Assembly (NCBI GenBank): GCA_015065005.1
Contig: SVRE01000001.1
Location: 10,593 to 74,592, forward strand
Length of the DNA: 64,000 nt
From: Oscillospiraceae bacterium
GTDB lineage: Bacteria > Bacillota > Clostridia > Oscillospirales > CAG-272
Direction: 5' to 3'
Shown here: piece by piece, positions 19,090-28,418 of the stretch
Numbering within the stretch: the stretch's first letter is position 1
Layout: every line of letters begins with the position of its first letter
Notes under the pieces: model-generated
Told to the model about the DNA's origin: nothing
The model's input: the letters and a program-made list of their open reading frames with translations, nothing else
Databases searched by the model: none
Translations under genes and position numbers: made by a program

Positions 19090-20073
19090 TTAAAGGGCGC
19101 TTTCCAAGGAGCTTATATAGTCATTAATTATTTGGTTTAATTGGTCAAGGGTGGATGCTTGGTTAATTTTGGCACGCACGCTTGCACTACCGCGCTCACC
19201 CTTCAAATACCAGGCAAGGTGCTTCCTTGCCTCGCAAATGGCAATTCTTTCACCGTGCTCCTCTATCATATATCCGACCTGCTCCATTGCAACCTGTATT
19301 CTTTCAAAAATAGTGGGGGGAGTGTACGTTTTTTTATCAAAAAAGCATTTTATTTCATCAAATATGAAGGGATTTCCCATAGCGCCCCTGCCTATCATAA
19401 CGCTGTCAACACCCGTTTCCTCAATCATTCTAATAGCGTCACTGGCGTTAAATATATCTCCGTTACCGATAACAGGGATAGATACAGCGTTCTTTACCGC
19501 CTTTAGGTAGTCCCAATTGGCATAGGGCTCATACATTTGCTCTCTTGTGCGTCCGTGCACGCAAATTGCGGCGGCTCCGTTTGCCTCGGCAATTTTTGCG
19601 ATTTCCGTACAGTTTATGGAGTTTTCATCCCAGCCTGCACGAATTTTTACGGTTACGGGTATGGCGGATGCTTTTACTGTTTCTTTTATGATTTCGCCAC
19701 ACAGGGTGGGGTTTTTTAAAAGCGCACTACCATCCCCTGCGGAAACAATCTTCTTAACGGGGCATCCCATATTAATATCGATTACCTCCGGGAGATTATC
19801 GTTTTTTCTGTGCTCATATGTGGCAGTAGAGAGCAGATAAGCGCTTTCTGCCATTATTTTCGGGTCGCTGCCGAAAATCTGTATGCCAAGGGGGCGGTCA
19901 TCGTCCTTAATCTCGGCAAGCTCAGCAGTTTTTTTGTCCTTAAAGTGTATCGCCTTGGAGCTTACCATTTCGCTGACGCAATAGGTTGCTCCGTATCGCC
20001 TTGCAATCTTACGGAAGGCATAGTCAGTTACTCCTGCCATCGGCGCCAAAATTATGTTTTGCTTAAAGTTCAT
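19090..20073 (-). CDS. dusB: tRNA dihydrouridine synthase DusB
   Basis: ILAPMAGVTDYAFR, INMGCPVKK and HGRTREQ motifs, 327 aa. Confidence 0.9.
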   Translation of the reverse strand: MNFKQNIILAPMAGVTDYAFRKIARRYGATYCVSEMVSSKAIHFKDKKTAELAEIKDDDRPLGIQIFGSDPKIMAESAYLLSTATYEHRKNDNLPEVIDINMGCPVKKIVSAGDGSALLKNPTLCGEIIKETVKASAIPVTVKIRAGWDENSINCTEIAKIAEANGAAAICVHGRTREQMYEPYANWDYLKAVKNAVSIPVIGNGDIFNASDAIRMIEETGVDSVMIGRGAMGNPFIFDEIKCFFDKKTYTPPTIFERIQVAMEQVGYMIEEHGERIAICEARKHLAWYLKGERGSASVRAKINQASTLDQLNQIINDYISSLESAL

Positions 20074-20100
20074 AATTAATCTCCGCGCATCAGTACAAAA

Positions 20101-20277
20101 TCAATTTTGCTTTTGTACTGATTTGTATTCGTCGTAGTATTTGTAGTAAGGACAGCCTCTTGATTTGTCGGTAAGGAATTGAAGGTACTCATCCTCATCC
20201 ATATCTATTTTGCAGATATATTCCTCGAATTCTTCATCATAGTCGTAGTATTCACAGGTTTCGCAGTTGTTTGCCAT
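20101..20277 (-). CDS. small acidic CxxC protein (DUF6472-like, hypothetical)
   Basis: MANNCETCEYYDYDEEFEEYICKIDMDEDEY...RGCPYY. The upstream in-frame extension to 20322 runs into repeat DNA. Confidence 0.5.
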   Translation of the reverse strand: MANNCETCEYYDYDEEFEEYICKIDMDEDEYLQFLTDKSRGCPYYKYYDEYKSVQKQN

Positions 20278-20282
20278 ATTTA

Positions 20283-20517
20283 CAACCCTTCCGTCTGCTA
20301 AAGCAGACACCTCCCCTTGCACAGGGGAGGCATTTTGTTTATGTTCATTTCACTTTTGCCCAAAAGGCAAAAATATCACTCGCCACAGGCGAATATCGCG
20401 CTTGTGTAAGGCAAGCATATCACGTGGTAAAGCCACATTTTACTCACGATTGAGTTTACTCTATTGTGTATGTCAAGCATATCACGTGGCAAAGCCACGT
20501 TTCACTCACAATTTAGC
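20283..20517. repeat. hairpin-array repeat block (ATATCAC word family) with a 62-bp tandem duplication
   Basis: Hairpins GTCTGCTAAAGCAGAC, CTCCCCTTGCACAGGGGAG, TTTGCCCAAAAGGCAAA, TCGCCACAGGCGA. CAAGCATATCACGTGG(T/C)AAAGCCAC..TCACTCAC starts at 20412 and again at 20474. Confidence 0.7.
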
Positions 20518-21963
20518 TTAGTCGATTGTGTATGTTGTACCCTCACGTGTGTCCTTAATGGTAACTCCCATGTCTGCAAGCTCCCCACGGATTTCATCAG
20601 CACGGGCAAAGTTCTTTTCCTTCTTTGCACTTGCTCTTTCGGCAATTAAGCCCTCAATTTTTGCTTTGAGCGAAGGATCAATGTCCGCACCTGCATCATT
20701 TGCTTGTGTGCTTTCGGCAGCCTGACTTACCAAAGCCTTTGCTGAGTCAATAAGACCAACGCACAAAACCGCATTGTCAATTTCCTCAATAGCCTTAAGC
20801 TTAGATGCATCTGTGGTATTTGCCTTTAATATGTCGTAAATGCAGGTAATACCAAGGGCGGTGTTCATATCGTTACCAACCTTGTCAATGAATGATTGCT
20901 TTGCGCCCTTTACAAATTCTGCATCAACCTCGCCGCCGTTTTTAAGTCCTGCAATTTTGCGAACAAGCTTCATATAGGTTGCGCTTGCCTGGTCAAGTGC
21001 CTCGTAGGAGAACACAAGGGGCTTTCTGTAATGTGACTGTAAGCAGAAGAACCTATATACAAGCGGATTATATCCCTTGCTTTCAATGAGAGATACGGTT
21101 AAGAAATCTCCCTTTGATTTGCTCATTTTACCTGTTTCGTCATTTAAGTGATGAACGTGGAACCAATAGTTACACCATTTTTCACCTGTATAAGCCTCGC
21201 TCTGTGCGATTTCGTTTGTGTGGTGTGGGAAAATGTTGTCAACACCGCCACAGTGGATGTCAAGCTTTTTGCCCAGGTGCTTCATACAAATGCAGGAGCA
21301 TTCAATGTGCCAGCCCGGATAGCCGATACCCCAGGGGCTGTTCCATTTAAGCTCTTGGTCATCGAACTTCGATTTGGTAAACCAAAGAACAAAGTCACTC
21401 TTATTCTTTTTGTTTACGTCCTCGGTAACGTCATCACGTACGCCAACCATTAATTCCTCGCTGGAGTGGCCTGTCAGCACATTGTAGTTTTCAACCTTGG
21501 ATGTGTCAAAATAAATATTTCCGTCAGCAAGGTAAGCATATCCCTTTTCCATAAGGCTTTCGATAACCTTAATAAAATCATCAATGCACTGTGTAGCAGG
21601 CTCAACAATATCGGGGTACTTAATATTCAGCTTCTTGCAATCACTGAAAAATGCATTTTTGTAAAACTCCGCAATTTCCATAACGGTTTTTTTCTCACGC
21701 TTTGCACCCTTTAGCATTTTGTCCTCGCCTGTGTCACCGTCACTTGAAAGGTGGCCAACGTCAGTTATGTTCATAACTCTTGTTACGTCATAGCCGCTAA
21801 AGCGTAGAAATCTTTCAAGCACGTCCTCCATAATGTAGGTGCGCAGGTTGCCTATGTGTGCAAAATGGTAAACGGTAGGACCGCAGGTGTACATTTTTAC
21901 CTTGTTTTCTTCATTTGGAACAAAGTCCTCAACCTTTTTTGTAAGTGTATTGTAAAGCTTCAT
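20518..21963 (-). CDS. cysS: cysteine--tRNA ligase
   Basis: HFAHIGN (HIGH) and KMSKSKG (KMSKS) motifs, 481 aa. Confidence 0.97.
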   Translation of the reverse strand: MKLYNTLTKKVEDFVPNEENKVKMYTCGPTVYHFAHIGNLRTYIMEDVLERFLRFSGYDVTRVMNITDVGHLSSDGDTGEDKMLKGAKREKKTVMEIAEFYKNAFFSDCKKLNIKYPDIVEPATQCIDDFIKVIESLMEKGYAYLADGNIYFDTSKVENYNVLTGHSSEELMVGVRDDVTEDVNKKNKSDFVLWFTKSKFDDQELKWNSPWGIGYPGWHIECSCICMKHLGKKLDIHCGGVDNIFPHHTNEIAQSEAYTGEKWCNYWFHVHHLNDETGKMSKSKGDFLTVSLIESKGYNPLVYRFFCLQSHYRKPLVFSYEALDQASATYMKLVRKIAGLKNGGEVDAEFVKGAKQSFIDKVGNDMNTALGITCIYDILKANTTDASKLKAIEEIDNAVLCVGLIDSAKALVSQAAESTQANDAGADIDPSLKAKIEGLIAERASAKKEKNFARADEIRGELADMGVTIKDTREGTTYTID

Positions 21964-22733
21964 AATTGTTTACCTCTGAAATACTTATTAATATCTATGA
22001 TTTCTAAAATCAGAATCGGAACGCAGAATATTATGCCTACAACGGTAAGCCCTTCGGAGAAGGAAAGAGTACAGTTGTACGCCATATGGAATAAAAATCC
22101 CGGCAGCACTGAATTGAATTTAACAAAAATCCAGCCCATAAAAATACCTAATACCGTTGCGTATATAATGCCGATTGGGGTGCCGTGCGCCACGCCGAAA
22201 AATACGGCGGAGATAACAATGGCAAGCCAAGGGTGCATTTCCTTTTTCAGTGAGCCTAAAATAAGCCCCCTGAACAAAACCTCCTCCAAAAGCGGAGCCA
22301 TAAAGCCAACGCTTAAAAACTGCATAAGAGAGGAGCTGTTGTTCACATCCTCGTAGGCGCTGTCCTGTGCCTGTAGCCAGCTTTCGGGAATAATGCCCGA
22401 CATTTCTACCAAGCCAAGAATAACGGCAATTGCGTAGGCGGTTGAAATGCCCAAAACTATCATGGACAGGAAAAAGCGCGGCGGCATTTTATTAATATAT
22501 GCCATTTCTGTAAGAGTGGTCTTTCTTATCTTGAAAATCAAGGCAAAAAGCAGGATTGAAATACAGCCTGAAACAATGGTTAATTCAACCGTCAGATTAT
22601 ATACATAATCCGCGCCCACAATTAAGGCAATCAGGTTTATTGCCGCAACCTGAGCCAGAAAATAAATGGCGAAATAAAGGAGGCTTTTGCCAAAAGCAAA
22701 TAAAATCCCCTTAAAAGAGCGTTTGTTTTCCAA
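21960..22733 (-). CDS. CPBP family intramembrane glutamic endopeptidase (CAAX/Abi type)
   Basis: EEVLFRG, FGVAHG and FHMAYN motifs. 4-nt overlap with cysS. Confidence 0.8.
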   Translation of the reverse strand: MENKRSFKGILFAFGKSLLYFAIYFLAQVAAINLIALIVGADYVYNLTVELTIVSGCISILLFALIFKIRKTTLTEMAYINKMPPRFFLSMIVLGISTAYAIAVILGLVEMSGIIPESWLQAQDSAYEDVNNSSSLMQFLSVGFMAPLLEEVLFRGLILGSLKKEMHPWLAIVISAVFFGVAHGTPIGIIYATVLGIFMGWIFVKFNSVLPGFLFHMAYNCTLSFSEGLTVVGIIFCVPILILEIIDINKYFRGKQL

Positions 22734-22836
22734 AAAATCAACTCCGTATTATTGATATTTTGAAATATTGTAGCACAAAAACACGTCTTTGTAAATATAT
22801 AGAATAATAATTTTTTTAAAAATATTAATAAAAGTA

Positions 22837-22865
22837 TTGCAATTTGGAAAAAACTATGTTATAAT
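22837..22865 (+). promoter_or_regulatory. sigma-A type promoter of the rimP-nusA-infB operon
   Basis: TTGCAA (22837-22842), 17 nt, TATAAT (22860-22865). Confidence 0.6.
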
Positions 22866-23020
22866 CGGGGCAGTTAATACCAAGGCGAGAGTGGACTTAC
22901 AGCAGTTCACTCTCTCTTTAGTATTTGCGGCTATGCTGCAAAGGGTGCGGGGGCTGCCCATCAGCCCGAATTTGCAGCTGCGCGGCAAATCGGTTGTTTT
23001 TGAAAGGATGGTGAACGGAT

Positions 23021-23482
23021 TTGAAATCATCAAAGGGTATTGTTTCCTTGGTTACGCCTATTGCCAATCAGGTGGCAGAGGAGCTTGGCTATTTTGTGTG
23101 GGACATTGATTATGTAAAGGAAGGCACGGAATGGTTTTTGCGTATCGACATTGACAAGGAGGGCGGAGTAAGGATTGATGACTGTGAGAGGTTCTCACGC
23201 GCTATCGACCCCTTGCTTGACGAGGCAAATCCTATTGAGGATGCCTACAATTTGCAAATTTCCTCTCCCGGTATTGAGAGGGTGATCAAGAATGATTTTC
23301 ACCTGGAGCATTGCCTTGGGGAAATGGTTTCGGTGCGCTTATATGCGCCGCTGAACGGCTTTAAGGAATATATCGGCAATCTGGTTTCCTATAATGAGGA
23401 CACTGTTACCGTACACGCTGATGAGCTTGTTGAGATTCCGAGAAAATCAATCGGCAAAATGAACACCTACTTTGAAATTTAA
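23021..23482 (+). CDS. rimP: ribosome maturation factor RimP
   Basis: 153 aa, TTG start, ...VAEELGYFVWDIDYVKEG...LRIDID typical of RimP, lies upstream of nusA. Confidence 0.85.
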   Translation: MKSSKGIVSLVTPIANQVAEELGYFVWDIDYVKEGTEWFLRIDIDKEGGVRIDDCERFSRAIDPLLDEANPIEDAYNLQISSPGIERVIKNDFHLEHCLGEMVSVRLYAPLNGFKEYIGNLVSYNEDTVTVHADELVEIPRKSIGKMNTYFEI

Positions 23483-23525
23483 TTAAGTACATCAATTTCG
23501 AATTTTTAGATAAAGGAGATTTAAA

Positions 23526-24593
23526 ATGAATAAGGAATTTTTTGAAGCACTTGATTTGCTTGAAAAGGAGCGCCATATTCCGAAGGCGTATATGATTGAA
23601 AAGGTTGAGGCGGCGCTTGCTACCGCTTGCAGACGTGAGCTTGGCTCAACAAACATCTCAGTTGTTATTGATGATGAAAAGCAGGATATAAAGGTTTACC
23701 GTAAGTACAAAATCGTTTCTGTTGTTGAGGACCCACAGACCGAGATTACAAAGGACCAGATTACAGAGTTTGAAATTAAAATGAAGGCGCAGGGCAAGAA
23801 GCTCAAGACCCGTTCACGTAAGAGAAGCATTGGCGCTGATTACGAATATGAGCTTCAGACAAAGGAATTCCGCCGCTTAAGCGCACAGAACGCAAAGCAG
23901 GTTATTATCCAGGGTATCCGTGAGGCAGAAAGAAGCTACCAGGCTAAGGAATACGAGGATAAGCGCGGCGAGATGCTTTCCGCTATTGTAACCAAGGTTG
24001 AGGATTCTACAGGAAATGTTGTTGTTGACACAGGTATTTCACAGGCTGTTCTTTTGAAGAGTGAGCAGATTCCGGGTGAGGTTCTCCGTGTTGATGACAG
24101 AATTAAGGTGTTTGCAACACAGGTTAACGGCGCAAACGAAAAGGGTCCCCTTGTTTCACTTACAAGAATTCACCCTAACCTTGTAAAAAGGCTTTTTGAA
24201 ACCGAGGTTCCCGAAATCAGTGACGGAACAGTTATTATAAAGAGCATCAGCCGTGAGGCAGGCTCAAGAACAAAGATTGCTGTTTATTCAAGAGATCCTG
24301 AGGTTGACGCTGTTGGTGCTTGTATCGGTAACAAGGGTGCAAGAATTAACGTGGTTGTTGATGAGCTTAACGGAGAAAAGATAGACGTTATTCCATACAG
24401 TGATGACGTTTGTGACTATGTAAAGGCGGCTCTTTCTCCTGCTACTGTTAAGGATGTTGAGCTTGTTGGTGACAGACAAACAAGGGCAACCGTCAGCGCT
24501 GACCAGCTATCTCTTGCTATCGGTAAGATGGGTCAGAATGCACGCTTGGCTGCAAGGCTTACAGGCTGCAAGATTGATATTAAGAGCGAGTAA
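23526..24593 (+). CDS. nusA: transcription termination/antitermination factor NusA
   Basis: MNKEFFEALDLLEKERHIPK N-terminus, S1 and two KH regions, 355 aa. Confidence 0.97.
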   Translation: MNKEFFEALDLLEKERHIPKAYMIEKVEAALATACRRELGSTNISVVIDDEKQDIKVYRKYKIVSVVEDPQTEITKDQITEFEIKMKAQGKKLKTRSRKRSIGADYEYELQTKEFRRLSAQNAKQVIIQGIREAERSYQAKEYEDKRGEMLSAIVTKVEDSTGNVVVDTGISQAVLLKSEQIPGEVLRVDDRIKVFATQVNGANEKGPLVSLTRIHPNLVKRLFETEVPEISDGTVIIKSISREAGSRTKIAVYSRDPEVDAVGACIGNKGARINVVVDELNGEKIDVIPYSDDVCDYVKAALSPATVKDVELVGDRQTRATVSADQLSLAIGKMGQNARLAARLTGCKIDIKSE

Positions 24594-24625
24594 GCTGAGA
24601 CGCTTACTAAGATGGGAGGTATTCC

Positions 24626-24898
24626 ATGGAAAAGATTAAAAAGGTGCCTATGAGAAAATGCCTTGGCTGTATGCAGTCCTTTCCAAAAAAAGACCTGGTA
24701 AGAGTTGTGAGAACTCCCGAAAATGAGGTTTGTATGGATTTGACAGGAAAGAAATCAGGCAGGGGAGCATACCTTTGCAGAGACAAGGCGTGCTTGAAAA
24801 AGGCTGTTAAGGCGAAAAGATTGCAGTCTAATCTTGAGGTACAGATAAGTGATGAGTTAATAGAGGCGCTTTCAAAGGAGCTTGACGGAATTGAATAA
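24626..24898 (+). CDS. ylxR: YlxR/RnpM family (DUF448) RNA-binding protein
   Basis: PMRKCLGCMQSFPKKDLVRVV...GRGAYLC motif, conserved position after nusA. Confidence 0.85.
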   Translation: MEKIKKVPMRKCLGCMQSFPKKDLVRVVRTPENEVCMDLTGKKSGRGAYLCRDKACLKKAVKAKRLQSNLEVQISDELIEALSKELDGIE

Positions 24899-25208
24899 TA
24901 GGTTTTTGTCTATGCTTGGTCTTGCCAAAAGGGCAGGGGCATTGATAATCGGCACCGACTTGGTGACAAAAGCACTCCCAAGCGGGAAGGTAAGGCTGGT
25001 TATGTATGCGGGAAATGCTTCCGCAAATACTGAAAAGAAAATCACTGATAAGTGTAAATTCTACACTACAAAATGCGTAAAATTAACATATAACGGTGAT
25101 GAAATTGCCCACGCTATCGGCAAGCTTTCATTGGTCTCCGTAATTGGAATTTCCGATGAAAATTTTTCCAAGGAACTAATCTCTCTTATATCTAACGAAA
25201 CGAGGTAA
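24882..25208 (+). CDS. ylxQ: L7Ae-family ribosomal-protein-like YlxQ
   Basis: [13 protein letters not shown] motif, conserved position before infB. The start is uncertain (TTG 24882 or ATG 24912). Confidence 0.8.
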   Translation: MTELNNRFLSMLGLAKRAGALIIGTDLVTKALPSGKVRLVMYAGNASANTEKKITDKCKFYTTKCVKLTYNGDEIAHAIGKLSLVSVIGISDENFSKELISLISNETR

Positions 25209-25213
25209 AAGAT

Positions 25214-28138
25214 ATGGCACGTATAAAGGATTTTGCAAAGGATTTTAACCTTGATATAAAGGACGCTCTTGATTTAATCGAAAGGGCAGGCTTAGGCACA
25301 CGTCAATCCGGTGCTAACATAGAGGCAGATGAAATTTCCGCTGTTGTTAACGTACTTACACTTGAAAACCAGTGCAAGGGTATTGATGATTACCTTGACG
25401 GTAAAAATACAATAACAACCCAAAAGAAGGCTAAGGCTAAAAAGGCTGCACCGAAGGCTGAGACAGAGGAAAAGAAGGAAGAGCCAAAGGCTGAGGCAAA
25501 GAAGGAAGCGCCTAAGGCTGAAGTGAAGAAGGAAGAGCCAAAGGCTGAGGTGAAGAAGGAAACACCAAAGACTGAGGTTAAAAAGGAAGAGCCAAAGGCT
25601 GAGGTGAAGAAGGAAGAGCCAAAGGCTGAGGCAAAGAAGGAAACACCAAAGGCTGAGGCAAAGAAGGAAGAGCCAAAGGTTGAGGTGAAGAAGGAAGAGC
25701 CAAAGGTTGAGGTGAAGAAGGAAGAGCCAAAGGTTGAGGTGAAGAAGGAAGAGCCAAAGGCTGAGGCAAAGAAGGAAACACCAAAGGCTGAGGCAAAGAA
25801 GGAAGAACCAAAGGCAGAAGCGAAGAAGGAAGAGCCAAAGGCTGAGGTTAAGAAGGAAGAGCCAAGGGTTGAGCAAAAGCCACAGTTTAACAAAAATGAC
25901 CGCTTTGCAAAGCCACAGTTTGAAAACAGAGACGGCTTTAAGAAGGACTTTAATAAGGATAAGCCGTTTAATAAGGACTTTAACAAGGACCAAAAGGGCG
26001 GCTTTGAGAAGAAGGAGTTCAACAAGGACTTTAATAAGGACAGAAACAATCAAAACCGCAACAATTTTGGCGGCTTTGACAAGGATAGAAACGAAAAGAA
26101 AACATATAACGTAACTCCAAAGCAGAAAAAGCCTGAGAGCAACATTATTGAAATTAAGACAAAGACAGGAGAAACAAAGGTTGTTGATACAAGAACATCT
26201 TATGTTGACCTGTCCAAGTATGATGAGAAGTTTGACAGCTATGAGGCAACCCACGGCAACTTCGGCGGCGGTGCAGGTAAGCAGAAGTTGAAAAAGCAGA
26301 ATAACAGGGACAGCTTTAATTCCAAGAAGGAAAAAGAGCGCCAGGCTATGGAAAAGATGAAGAGGGCAGCATTTGAAAAGGCAAAGAACACCCAGCTTTC
26401 CATTACCGTTCCTGATGAAATCACAGTTGGTGAGCTTGCTTCCCGCTTGAAGGTTAACTCAGGCGAAATTATCAAAAAGCTTATGATGATGGGTGTTATG
26501 GCTTCTGTTAACGAGGTTATTGACTTTGACACCGCATATCTTATCGGTGATGAGCTTGGTGCAAAGGTAACAAAGGAAGTTGTTGTTACAATTGAGGAAA
26601 AGCTTTTTGAGGAAGAAACAGACGCACCTGAATCATTGGTTGAGCGCGCACCTGTTGTTTGCGTTATGGGTCACGTTGACCACGGTAAAACATCACTCCT
26701 TGACGCTATAAGACACACACACGTTACCACAGGTGAGGCAGGCGGTATTACACAGCATATCGGTGCTTACAGAGTTAATGTAAACGGCAAGGATATTACA
26801 TTCCTTGACACTCCCGGCCACGAGGCATTTACAGCTATGCGTTTGCGCGGCGCCATGGCAACAGATATTGCAATTATCGTTGTTGCGGCTGATGACGGTA
26901 TTATGCCACAGACAGTTGAGGCTATTAACCACGCAAAGGCGGCAGGTGTTGACATTGTTGTTGCTATTAACAAGATGGATAAGCCAACCGCTAACCCGGA
27001 AAATATTAAGCAGGAGCTTACAAAGTATGACCTTGTTCCTGAGGAATGGGGCGGAGATATTATGTGTATTCCTGTTTCCGCACACACAAAGATGGGTATG
27101 GATGACTTGCTTGAAAGCGTGCTTTTGATTGCTGAGGTTAAGGAATTAAAGGCTAATCCGAACAGACTTGCAAAGGGTATCGTTATCGAGGCTAAGCTTG
27201 ATAAGGGTAGAGGCCCTGTTGCAACAATCCTTGTTCAAAACGGTACACTTAAGTCCGGTGATGTTGTAATCGCAGGCACTGCTGTTGGTAGGGTAAGAGC
27301 TATGACAGACCATACAGGCAAGGTACTTAAGGTGGCAGGTCCTTCTGTTCCTGTTGAAATTACAGGTCTTTCCGAGGTTCCTAACGCAGGTGATGAGTTC
27401 AATGCGGTTAAGGATGAAAGGATGGCAAGAGAATTAGCTGAGCAAAGACGTGCAAAGGCTAAGGAGGAAATCTTTAAGGCTAATGCTAAGGTTAACCTTG
27501 ATGATTTGTTCAGCCAGATTAGCGAGGGTGTTAAGGAGCTTAACATTATTGTTAAGGCTGACGTTGGCGGCTCCTGTGAGGCTGTAAAGGCGTCCCTTGT
27601 TAAGCTTTCAAACGCAGAGGTTAAGGTTAATGTTATTCACACCGCAGCAGGCGGTATTACAGAGAGTGACGTTATGCTGGCGGCGGCATCCAATGCTATT
27701 ATCGTTGGCTTTAACGTACGTCCTGATAAGAACGCTATTGACTCTGCCGAAAGACAGAATGTTGACATAAGAACACACAGAATTATTTACGAAATCATAG
27801 AGGAAATTGAAGCCGCTATGAAGGGTATGCTTGCCCCAACCTACAAGGAAGTGATTTACGGTCACGCCGAGGTAAGGCAGACAATCCGTGTACCAGGTGT
27901 TGGTACAATTGCGGGCTGTTATGTACAGGACGGTAAGGTAACACGTTCCGCTTCAATCAGAATCATCCGTGACGGTATAGTTATTGCTGAGGACAAGATT
28001 GCATCCCTTAAGAGATTTAAGGATGACGCAAAGGAAGTCAACGCTGGCTACGAGTGCGGTGTAGGCCTTGATAAGTTTAACGACATTAAGGAAAATGACG
28101 TGCTTGAGGCATTTGGTATGGAAGAGGTAGAGAAGTAA
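25214..28138 (+). CDS. infB: translation initiation factor IF-2
   Basis: G domain [21 protein letters not shown]. 974 aa with a low-complexity Lys/Glu/Pro N-terminal region. Confidence 0.97.
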   Translation: MARIKDFAKDFNLDIKDALDLIERAGLGTRQSGANIEADEISAVVNVLTLENQCKGIDDYLDGKNTITTQKKAKAKKAAPKAETEEKKEEPKAEAKKEAPKAEVKKEEPKAEVKKETPKTEVKKEEPKAEVKKEEPKAEAKKETPKAEAKKEEPKVEVKKEEPKVEVKKEEPKVEVKKEEPKAEAKKETPKAEAKKEEPKAEAKKEEPKAEVKKEEPRVEQKPQFNKNDRFAKPQFENRDGFKKDFNKDKPFNKDFNKDQKGGFEKKEFNKDFNKDRNNQNRNNFGGFDKDRNEKKTYNVTPKQKKPESNIIEIKTKTGETKVVDTRTSYVDLSKYDEKFDSYEATHGNFGGGAGKQKLKKQNNRDSFNSKKEKERQAMEKMKRAAFEKAKNTQLSITVPDEITVGELASRLKVNSGEIIKKLMMMGVMASVNEVIDFDTAYLIGDELGAKVTKEVVVTIEEKLFEEETDAPESLVERAPVVCVMGHVDHGKTSLLDAIRHTHVTTGEAGGITQHIGAYRVNVNGKDITFLDTPGHEAFTAMRLRGAMATDIAIIVVAADDGIMPQTVEAINHAKAAGVDIVVAINKMDKPTANPENIKQELTKYDLVPEEWGGDIMCIPVSAHTKMGMDDLLESVLLIAEVKELKANPNRLAKGIVIEAKLDKGRGPVATILVQNGTLKSGDVVIAGTAVGRVRAMTDHTGKVLKVAGPSVPVEITGLSEVPNAGDEFNAVKDERMARELAEQRRAKAKEEIFKANAKVNLDDLFSQISEGVKELNIIVKADVGGSCEAVKASLVKLSNAEVKVNVIHTAAGGITESDVMLAAASNAIIVGFNVRPDKNAIDSAERQNVDIRTHRIIYEIIEEIEAAMKGMLAPTYKEVIYGHAEVRQTIRVPGVGTIAGCYVQDGKVTRSASIRIIRDGIVIAEDKIASLKRFKDDAKEVNAGYECGVGLDKFNDIKENDVLEAFGMEEVEK
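25472..25876 (+). repeat. 15 tandem 27-bp (9-aa, KKEEPKAEV-type) repeats inside infB
   Basis: Counted 15 consecutive KKE(E/T/A)PK(A/V/T)E(A/V) units from aa 87 of IF-2. Confidence 0.9.
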
Positions 28139-28288
28139 TTTGCGTGCGCAAATTACAGCGAAATTCGCCGCCATTGCGGCGAGTGAAATAGTTGTAGGGA
28201 CGGGCGCACACGAGACCACCAAGCCTACTAAAGAGCGGCTTGAGGACCCATATCCCGACTGTCCGCTAATGCGAAAATTGTATAATTG

Positions 28289-28322
28289 AAAAGAGCAAGC
28301 ATTTTAGTGCTTGCTCTTTTGC
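28289..28322 (+). terminator. rho-independent terminator ending the infB operon
   Basis: AGAGCAAGCA-TTTTAG-TGCTTGCTCT followed by TTTG. Confidence 0.75.
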
Positions 28323-28363
28323 TTTAGCGCAACTGACGGTTGCACAGAGCAACCTACGGTTTA

Positions 28364-28392
28364 TTGACAAATAATGATAAATAAGATATAAT
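28364..28392 (+). promoter_or_regulatory. sigma-A type promoter of 28419 gene
   Basis: TTGACA (28364-28369), 17 nt, TATAAT (28387-28392). Confidence 0.6.
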
Positions 28393-28418
28393 GAACAATA
28401 TGAAAAAGGGGGGATTAT

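Noticed and set aside
22837-23109. 90-aa ORF upstream of and overlapping rimP.
   Set aside because: It starts within the promoter itself (at the -35 box, 22837) and runs through the leader. It has no RBS and overlaps rimP in another frame.
25292-26254. Long antisense and alternate-frame ORFs (320, 219, 86 and 81 aa) across the infB repeat tract.
   Set aside because: These are low-complexity Leu/Phe/Ser-rich translations produced by the 27-bp tandem repeat. They lie opposite or overlapping the unambiguous infB frame.
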